A stretch of DNA of 64,000 nt from a virus. Within the stretch, counting starts at the first letter, position 1. Every line of letters starts with the position of its first letter. This document shows, piece by piece, positions 27,548 to 37,600 of the stretch. The notes under the pieces were generated by a model, which did no database searches, was not told the DNA's origin, and saw only the letters and a program-made list of their open reading frames with translations. The DNA lies in IMG/VR virus record IMGVR_UViG_3300020204_000006; one strand, written 5' to 3'. Made by a program: the position numbers and the translations under genes.

Positions 27548-28623
27548 AAACAAATCTAGATATTATATATTCTTGTTTCTTAACTAATTCTGGTTACACT
27601 CGAGCATCTTTGGGTTACATAAGATCTCTTGGATTACTTGGCAATAATGTTTATATAAATTGTGTACATAAATATCCTCAGGGTAATTCTTTTACAAAAG
27701 ATGAATTGTTTATTATAAACAAAACTTGTAGTATAGGCAAAATGGAGGGAGATGTTCTTATAGAACACGTAATCCCCAACAGATGGAGAAAATTATTAAA
27801 TGGTACCAGAAGGTATTGCGTGGCTGTATTTGAGAACGAAAAAGTAGATGATTTTTGGGTTGAATCTATAAACAGAGTTATGCATGGAGTAATATATCCC
27901 TGCAGTTGGAATAAAAAAATATTTGAAAATTGTGGTGTTAATAAGCCTGGTTTTGTAGTACCTCATTTTTTAGATGAACTTGTTTGGAAAAAACAAATTA
28001 TTACAGATTCTTTTTTTAACAAATTTTCTTTTTGTGCTATTGCGACTTGGAGAGAAAGAAAAAATTGGTCTACTTTATTTAAATCCTTTGAATTATTAAA
28101 AAATAAGCATGATTTTGTTTTAGGTATAAAAACAGATAAGTATTTTGAGCTTATTAATTATGTAAAAGAAAATCATCCAAGTATATTTTCCAATATTATT
28201 TTAGAGACTAATGAACTTGACGACCACGGTATGGTAAAAATGATGTCTAAATTTGACGTTATAGTGAATTTTTCTTTAGGAGAGGCATTTTGTATGCCTC
28301 TACTTCAGGGTTTATTCCTTGGTAAGCCATTTATTTCTACTGACATAGAGGGAGTGAAAGATTTTGCATCGCCCGAATATGGGGTTTTTATACCTTCTAA
28401 TGGAGATTTAAGAAAAGACAGACTTGATAGCTATGGTCAGTTTAGAAATAAAATTTGGCCATATTTTGATCCAGAGTCTTCTTGCAGGGCATTATTAGAA
28501 ATAATTGAAAAATATAATTACTATAAATCAAATATAGAGAAAGATCAAGATAGGTTTTTTAAAAAATTTGGTTTAAACAATAGTATAAGTAACAATTACT
28601 GGGACCCGGTTTTTAATACATGA
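27544..28623 (+). CDS. Glycosyltransferase family 4 (GT-B)
   Basis: SGYTRASLGYIRSL; FSFCAIATWRERKNW; FDVIVNFSLGEAFCMPLLQGLFLGKPFISTD, which is the GT4 EX7E motif with the second E replaced by Q. Confidence 0.85.
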   Translation: MKTNLDIIYSCFLTNSGYTRASLGYIRSLGLLGNNVYINCVHKYPQGNSFTKDELFIINKTCSIGKMEGDVLIEHVIPNRWRKLLNGTRRYCVAVFENEKVDDFWVESINRVMHGVIYPCSWNKKIFENCGVNKPGFVVPHFLDELVWKKQIITDSFFNKFSFCAIATWRERKNWSTLFKSFELLKNKHDFVLGIKTDKYFELINYVKENHPSIFSNIILETNELDDHGMVKMMSKFDVIVNFSLGEAFCMPLLQGLFLGKPFISTDIEGVKDFASPEYGVFIPSNGDLRKDRLDSYGQFRNKIWPYFDPESSCRALLEIIEKYNYYKSNIEKDQDRFFKKFGLNNSISNNYWDPVFNT

Positions 28624-31600
28624 TAAAAGCACAATTTGTCCTTAAAAATTATTCCATAAAAAATGATTCAATTCATTTAAGTTTTGAATTGAATGATTGT
28701 ATTATTGACGGGAATTATTCTGTTTCTTTTGAAGATGCTGAATCTAGTGAATCAATAAATTTTGTTGATTTTGATGGCAATAAAAAAAATATTGTTAATT
28801 TATTAAGAAATCAAAATGCTTTTCAGGGTACCATTCTTTATCCCATATCAAAAATGGGCAAAAAGAGTAATATAACATTATTCTGTAAAATACTATCAGA
28901 TAGTGGACAAAGCTTAGTTCTTGGTTCGAATATTGATGTAGTTAAAAATTCATCAAAAAATAGATCTATATATCTTGATCCTCCATTTGTTCAAGATCAT
29001 TCAAATATAAATATTTATGCAGATGGTATTCCTGATGGCAATGCTATTATAGAAATAGCAAATAAAAAATTTAAATCTAAAGTTTCTAATGGTCAATTAA
29101 ATTTTAATATTGATACTAGAACAATTCTTAAAGATAGTGACTTCTATGGTAAGACTTTAAGAAAAATGCCATTAGAAGTAAAAATTGGTGCTAATAATTT
29201 TTATGGTGAACTTGGTGTTGTCCCTAAAAGTCTTAGATCACTACAGGCAACAAATGATCCTCAAAGACCAGAGTGTGTAATAATCGATACTAGACCTGCT
29301 CAGGATCAAAGTTTTAAGTTTGAACCTATAAGCTTAGACTGTTTTCAGGAGCCAATAATAGGTCCTCTATATCAGACTGATACACAAAAATTTTCTCCTC
29401 AACTGACATCTCTTGATTCTAATTTTAAAAATTGTCATCAGGGTTTTATATCTGATTCTTCAACTCTTCTTTCTGCAATAAAAATAATTGGTACTCACGC
29501 TTCTTCAAACGTAGACAAAGAAATAGTTGATTCTGGTTTTGATTTTTACACTGTGGCCTCTGTTATTGTTTCTGATGATTCGGTACCAGTTGATGTCGCT
29601 TCTACAGTTCCAGTAGTTAAATTAGTTAAGCATCATAGCTCTACAAATTTTGATTTAACTTTTAAATTAAGAGGCGTTATAGAAAAGCCTTATTTTTATT
29701 ATCATTCTATTTATGTACCTAATAATTCTACTTTAGCGGCAACAGATAGGGGTAGCGTAGTTTTTAGGTTTCCTAATGGCAACGAGATAGCTAAAAACTT
29801 TGTATTCGGCTCTACTGATATATATTCAGTGCTAAACAAGATTAAAAATTTGATTGAAACTGATGCAGCTCTTATAAAAAATGAAATAGTTTCTGAAATA
29901 ATAAATACTGGATCTAGACAGGAATTGATAGTAAAATCAAATTTAGAATTTTCTATATACAAGGGTCAGGTTTCGTCTGAATCTAATTCTAATAAAATAC
30001 AAGTTGAGCTTAATACGAATAGGGCCCTGAGGTTATTCGTTACTGACTGCGCAGACAGAGATGTTTTGCAGTCTATATCCAAAGTTGTATTTAATACCGA
30101 GCCTTTTAAGGGCGCTATAGCGAATGTCATATCTGCTGATTCAAATTATATATCAATTGATTTCAACCCTGGATTTAATAAGCCTAATGGTTTCTTTATT
30201 TCTGACACTACATATTGCGTAGAGTTTTTTGGGGTAAAATCTACAGAAAGAAATCTTGTTCCTGAAACTTTGACATTTAACAGGATGATTTCCAAAGATG
30301 GCAGCTACATACCGACTATAAATCCTGTTGTTTCTCAAAATGGTAGAGTTTTTTGTCAGGCTGAGATAAACGGCAAATATCAAATATTTATTGATAATTA
30401 TCCCAATTGGACACAGATTACTTTTGATGGGGAGAATAGAAATCCTCATGTTATAAGTGATAAAAATGGAAACATTCATTTGTTTTTTGAGAGTGACAGA
30501 ACCGGTGAGTCTCAAATATATTATTCATGCATAGGATATGGAAGCTTCCAGTATAATGATTCTGCTCTAAATAGTTTTAGTGTAGAGCTTTCAAAAGTTT
30601 CCGAAACAGATAAATATTTCACAAGAATTGCAAAAGACATTAGGCCATTTTTTATTCTTAATGAAAGTTTTGGTATTGAAATTTTTCCTTCCGGTATTCT
30701 TTCTATAAACTCTCCTCAGCTAATACAAAATTTATATTCAGTATATTGTTTAAATGAGTTTTCCGGTCTAAGTCCAGACAATTTTCAAATAAATTATCCA
30801 GAGGGTGTTATTGCTGGTCTATCTAGTATTGTTACAATAGGCCTTGGTCAGCAAATATCAGTTCAAACTATTGTTGTATCTAAGGGTATCTCAAATCAGG
30901 GTGCAACATCTTTTGATGTTGATTTTTCTGCAAGTTTTAACGGAAAGATAAAAGCAGTTATTTATAATATAGATGATTCTATTTCTGGTCAAAATAAATT
31001 TAAGGTATTTGGTAGATCTGATTTTGTAAATTACAATCAGGATGGTCTTGGTTTTGATATCCCGAGTATGAATGATATTGCTTTTGAGGTTGTAAATAAT
31101 GACTCTTCTAATACTTCAAAAATTAATATAGCAGGAACATTTGAGGGATTATCAAGCGATATAGATATATTTATAATTAAGGTAATATTGGAAAATGTTG
31201 GTAGTGAAAATACTGCTACCTCTGCAAATTTAGTTGCCAGTCAAAACTCCTTAGGCAATCAAATATCCAATACAAATTGCATAGTTGCAGTTAACCCAAG
31301 TGAAGATTTTGGTGCTTTTAGATACCCTGTATATAGAGATACAAATGATACTTTGTTTGATGGGATTTATAGTAGTCTAAATTTGGGATACGAGTTTAAT
31401 TTTTCTCTTATTGGCAACTCATCTTCAAATGGATATAATATATCTGGTTTTGAAGAGTTTACCCAGATAAGTTTTTCTCTGTCTAATTTCTTTTCTTCTC
31501 CATCTTCATTTGATGATTTTGTTTTTGGTACTAAGCTTTTAAGTAGGTCTTTTGGTACTTTTAAAGTAAATCCCAAAAATGTTGATTACTTAAATTCTGA

Positions 31601-34600
31601 AATATCTCCAGTTTTTGAATTTTCAGGTAAGAAAAAGTTTGTTTCTGGATATTCAGTTGGCGACGGATTAAGATCTTACGGTATTTTAATAAATTGTAAA
31701 AACATAGATCAGTCAAGTGGTTTAGTAGTGCAGGGAACAATAGAATTCGACGAACCAATAGTAGACATAATTTTTGATAAACAAGAAATTGAAACTTTTG
31801 AGCAAGATGGTTTTTACGGAGAGACCATAGACCAAGATTACAATTATGATAATTCTTGTCTTGTAAAAGTTGTATTTTCGGAAGATAAAAAATCTATAAG
31901 GATCCTTGCCAAGTTTAGTGAAAACCCATGTTTCTTTGTTGTTAAAATTGGAGATATAGATGCAAAAAGCAAATTCCTCATAAAAACAAATAATCAAATA
32001 TCCGATATCGAAAATTATTTTAAATCTAAATTTAATATAGGTTCAGATTTTAAAGGAACATTTAATAACAACAGGCTTTACTACATATCATCAGATTTTA
32101 GTTTTAATAGTTTCTTGCCAGTTTTTGGCAATTTACGTTTTGATGATGATTTATTAAATCCAAATTCTCTTCTTGAGTATTCTAGTTTTAATGCTGGTTT
32201 TTCTTCTCCCTTAAATGATGTTTCTGGTATTTATAGGCTAGAAGACTATAATCATTCGGGTAGCAATATAGTATACGAAGTTATAAAAAATTTAAATATA
32301 GATGCACCTAAATCGGATCTTTATGAATTTTCTTTATTTTTGATATTTGAAAAGAAAACAGTTTTAGTAAGAAATCAAGAGACATTAGAAGATTACTGCT
32401 ACAGAGTTGGAGGTGCATTGCCAGGTTCAAGTAGCAGTAGCAGTATAGGCAGCATCAGTAGTAGTAGCAGCAGTAGTAGTAGTTCTTTTGTTCCTCTTCC
32501 ATGCATTGATGGTAATTCACCAGGTGGCTGTATGGATTTAGATGGAGATGGATTTATTGGCGGAGGCGATTTGGGCGTTTTGCTTGGTAATTGGAATAAT
32601 CCCGGAAATGGTGATTTGGATGGTGATGGCGCAGTAGGCGGTAGTGATCTTGGAATTCTTCTTGGTAATTGGGGTAGATGTGTTGAGTGTCAGTCTTCAT
32701 CTTCCTCATCTGGGGACATTTCTTCTTCAAGTTCTAGTAGTAGCGGGACTGGTCCAGGTACCTTATGTTCTTTTATAGAGGTTGAGGCTGGTGAAAAGAT
32801 CACTGGAGCCATAAAAAGTGATGGTACGCTTGTTATATGGGGAGATGTGAATAGTGAAGTTATAACTTCTTTGCCGTCTTCTCTTCCTCAAATAACTAAA
32901 ATTTCATTTGGAACTGCCCAAAGTAATGCTCATGCGGTGGCAATTTCATCTGATGGTTCAGCATTATGCTGGGGAAATAATTCACAAGGAGAATGCAACG
33001 TACCAGGTGATCTAGGAAATGTTATTTCTGTTTCTGCTGGTGCAAATCATACTTGTGCTGTAAAAGAAAATGGCGATGTTGTTTGTTGGGGCTTTAATAA
33101 TTCTGGTCAAACAAATGTTCCATCCGGTCTTAGTGGCGTTTCTAAAATTCACTCTCATGCTTCTCATAATATTGCCCTTAAAACAGATGGTACTGTATCT
33201 TGCTGGGGTTCTAATTTGCATGGTCAATGCAATGTTCCATCTGGTCTCGATGATGTAATAGAAATTTCCACTGGTAGTGGCCATTGCGTTGCGCTTAAGC
33301 GAGATGGAACTGTTGTTTGTTGGGGTTTAAATTCAAGTGGTCAGTGCAACGTTCCCTCTTTTGATGGATTGTCTGCAATCGCTATATCTGCTGGCGGTAG
33401 CTTTACCTCTGCTGTCCTGTTAGACGGAACAGTTGTTTCTTGGGGTATGAACACTTTTGGTCAAACTGATGTTCCATCTGGAATGGGATTTGTTATTAAA
33501 ATAGAATCAGGAGATGATCATACTGTAGTTCTTTTTTCTAATAATACGGTTTCTTGCTGGGGCAGGAATGATAAAAATCAATGTGATGTTCCAGATTCAT
33601 GCTTGACTCAAACTGAAATATCTAGATCTCTATCTATTAATCAATGTGATTCTTACATTGAGGGCCATGCAGAAAATGTATATTCTGGAAGATACAAAAT
33701 AGGGATTATAACAAGATCAAAGTCTTTGCCAACATTGTCTAGGGATTTGTATCCAGGTGGAACAGAGCTTCACATTTTTGATAAAATTTTTGAAAACAAA
33801 GGTTCAAATAGGATATCTATAGATGTTAATTACAGAAAGCTTGTTATTGAAGAAATGGAGCACTTGCTTTCAATAAGTAGTAAGGAAATTTTCTTCACAA
33901 ATCCATTAAAAGAAATCGACGAAAAGTATCCAAGGTTTATAAGAAATATAAGAGTTTTTTCTGACGGAGATATAGCTGGCTCCGTAACAAGATTTGCTAA
34001 TATAGAGGATAAAAGAAGACAATTTGACGCCTTCTTCGGTTCTTGCTCTAGAAGTCAAGATATACCATCTTATCTTGGCGTTCATATGATGAACGAGAAT
34101 ATAATTTTGGAACAGTCAAATATAAGAATAGGTAAACTTTCATATAAGCCTAATTCCAATATTACTCTTGATCCAAGGATATATGATTTTGAGAATATGC
34201 AATCTGTTGGGCTTTTGGAAACCCTGTCAAGAAATGAAAGTTTTGAATTTACAACTGAAGATCCCGGTGATTTTTACAATGTTTCTGAAATGTCTAGTTC
34301 TGTAGATGAGTGGTTTTCAGATAGATCTGGCTTTACTCATGTGGGTTCATATCTTGACGGTAAGCACGGCAGTAAATCAATAATTCTTCAGGACAACATT
34401 GATAGTATATCATCTGCAAATCCTGTTTTGCAAAATGACTCATATCATGCAAAGACATATTCTGAAATAAGAAACTATCAATTATCTTCTGGTTATAATG
34501 GTAAAATTTCACAAAATCTTGGTAGATCTGATTCAAGTGATTATACTTTCTTGGTTGATGCTGCAGTTATAGCGCCAAATCAGTTTATTAAAACGTATAG

Positions 34601-37600
34601 AACAATTGGACTTTTGAATGATGGAGTTATAAAATTTAATAACGTCTATTCTAAAAAATCAACATTTGATCAAAACAATAAGACTCTACAGTATGATACT
34701 TTAAAATTTTATTTTGAATCATCTTCTGCTCAAGATTATAGTCTTTTTAATCTTTCTTACCCGGCTAAGGCTGTACTGGACTCTGGAAATGAATATTTAG
34801 TGTATATAGACAACAATCATATCGCTAGATTTGTAAATTATCGCATGTCTATACCCCCAGATATCCAATTAAGAAAAGTTGCTGGTGCTACTCTCACCGT
34901 ACCTAGCAGTGACACAGGCACAACTTTCACCTTTCCTAGCAGTAGCAGTAGCAGTAGTAGTAGTAGTGATTCTTCTAGTAGTAGTAGTGATTCTTCTAGT
35001 AGTAGTAGTGAATCTAGCAGTAGTAGTAGTGAATCTAGCAGTAGTAGTAGTGAATCTAGCAGTAGTAGTAGTGAATCTAGCAGTAGTAGTAGTGAATCTA
35101 GCAGTAGTAGTAGTGAATCTAGCAGTAGTAGCCAGTCAAGTAGTAGCAGTCAGTCCAGCAGTTCTAGCAACTCCAGCAGTAGTAGCCAGTCAAGTAGTAG
35201 CAGTCAGTCCAGCAGTAGCAGCCAGTCCAGTAGTAGTAGTCAGTCAAGTAGTAGCAGTCAGTCCAGCAGTAGCAGCGGTTCCAGCAGCAGCAGCAGCGGT
35301 TCCAGCAGCAGCAGCGATTCCAGCAGTAGCAGTGGTTCCAGCAGCAGCAGCAGCGGTTCCAGCAGCAGCAGCGGTTCCAGCAGTAGCAGCGGTTCCAGCA
35401 GCAGCAGCGGTTCCAGCAGTAGCAGCGGTTCCAGCAGTAGCAGCAGCGGTTCCAGCAGCAGCAGCGATTCCAGCAGCAGCAGCGATTCCAGCAGTAGTAG
35501 CAGTTCCAGCAGTTCTAGTAGTTATTTTGAAGATATGCCTTTTGGAAATACGAAAGTTTTGATGGTTGCTTCTGGTATCGGTTTTGTAGTCGCTATTGAC
35601 GAAAATTATAAATTAATAGGAAACTATGATCCTGGTCTTGCTAGTGCACAAATTCAGTCTGACATTAATACTATTAATGCATTGTATACAAGTGATGACG
35701 ATGCAATATACGCAGAATACGTATCTGCTGGATCTGATTTCTTTGCAATTAAAACATTAAATGGATACTGCGAGGTTTATGGAAATACTTATTCTTCCTC
35801 TCTACTTCCACCTTCTGGACTTAAAATCATAACATTTTCTTGTGGAGGTGATTTTATAGTTGCGATTAGTAGTACCGGTTCATTGGAAGCTTGGGGAAAT
35901 GATAGCAATATAAATAACAATGTCCCATCTGGTTTGTTTACGTCAGTTTCTTGTGGGTCTTCTCACGCATTAGCTATAGACGTTGATGGTTCTGTGTATG
36001 CATGGGGCGACAACTCTTTTAACCAATCTAATGTTCCATCAGGATTAAAAGCCGTTGAAATTTCTGCTGGTTCAAAGTTCTCATTTGCAATAGATTCTGA
36101 ATTTAAAGTTGTTTATTGGGGAGAAATTGATTTTCAGTATAATTCTGGGACCATACCTACCTTTGCTTGTTCTGTTTGGTGCAGAAACGATACTGTTTTA
36201 ATAGGCGGATTTGCAAATGAATGGAACCTTTTTACCGATATTTCTACGCACAAATATGAATCGTTTTTGTATTATTTGATAGAGCATCCTATTAGATATA
36301 GAAGTAATTCTGATATATGGGCTCCTGGTCCAGTTATAGATCTTTTTAGGCTTTATGATTCTAATGCATCAGTTGAGACAAATCTTAATAGATATTGTAG
36401 GTTGTTAGGATACAAAGACAATATTTGTTCTAGTGATTTTAAGATAAATGATCCATTAGTGCTATCGCAAATACCTGTTTCTGTTTCTGCAAACTCTTTA
36501 TCAAAGAATATAGATGCAAAAAGATTTGAAGAGGATAGAATAGGGCTATGCTATCAGTCAAATATAAAAAATTATAGATCGGACATATATTATAGGGGCT
36601 ACCTAAACCATTTTTCTATATTTGGAAAAAATTATTATCTTTCAAAAGATATTCAAAATCAAATATCTTCTTTCGAACCTTCAATTGGAAATGACTACTA
36701 TGGAAATTCTATAGTAGCATGGAGATCTCAAGATTCTACAGCTTCAAAAGAAAACAATTACATATACTCTTCTTTTATATATAATGGATCTTCTGACATT
36801 AACAAATGCCTTCTTGATGAAATGCTTTATAAGTTAAAAGATTTCTTTATTTACGATCCATACGATCCATATTCATTTAAAATATTGCCGCAAGTTTGTG
36901 AGGTTGAATTTACTTTTAAGGCACCAGCTTCTAATACATTTAATTTCTTTGTAGATTTTTATTATGACGATGAATTTAAGAATAAGGCTTATTCTTATTC
37001 CTCTTCTGTAGATCCTTCTATTTGGTCTGTTGATGGAGTAAATGCATATGCTGATGGCCATTATGCTCAAGCTGGTGATGAATTACTTGTAAGATTCCAT
37101 GCTTCTGATATTGAAGAATTGTCAAATAAAGTTTTATTTGTTAAAATAGGTTTTAATTCTCAGTCTTCATCACTCAAACATGGCCTTGTCTCTCAAAATA
37201 ATAATGAAATTAAGGACCCACTTGCTGTTTCATCAGATATATCTGGAAATAATCCAAATTTAAATTCAAACTCTAAGATTTGGGTAATGCCAGAAATTAT
37301 ATCTTCTGATATAAATTTGCCAAAACAGGAATTTATAAATTACAAGTCAGAAGATGGCATACTGAGATTTAATTTTTATGATAATAGCAGGTCGTCATTA
37401 GATGGCATTTCAATAGGAGAAACAGCTAAATCTTTTTATGTCCATATACAAAGAGGTAGTGGGAACTCTGAATTCTCAGATTTTGTTTTACGTTTTGGTG
37501 GCACTGTATCCTATGTTGGTTTTACCAAAGAAGATTTAGATATATCTTCTTCTTACTCAATTGGTGAAGGTGTTGCATATCCTCAATCAAATTCATCAGT

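Noticed and set aside
32763-33600. RCC1 repeat pairs as DGR template/variable regions
   Set aside because: Differences between copies are not adenine-specific, and no reverse transcriptase is present in the window.
5887-33600. Eukaryotic or nucleocytoviral origin suggested by actin, RCC1 and extensin-like repeats
   Set aside because: Shine-Dalgarno sites, overlapping stop/start codons and tail-tube/TMP genes indicate a prokaryotic tailed virus. The actin and RCC1 variants are prokaryotic types.
34968-35132. 21-nt direct repeats as a CRISPR array
   Set aside because: The repeats are contiguous with no unique spacers, are in frame within a CDS, and no cas genes are present.
34879-35562. 227-aa Val/Ala-rich alternative-frame ORF
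   Set aside because: It is a frame-shifted reading of the poly-Ser repeat and lies wholly inside the 3706-aa ORF.
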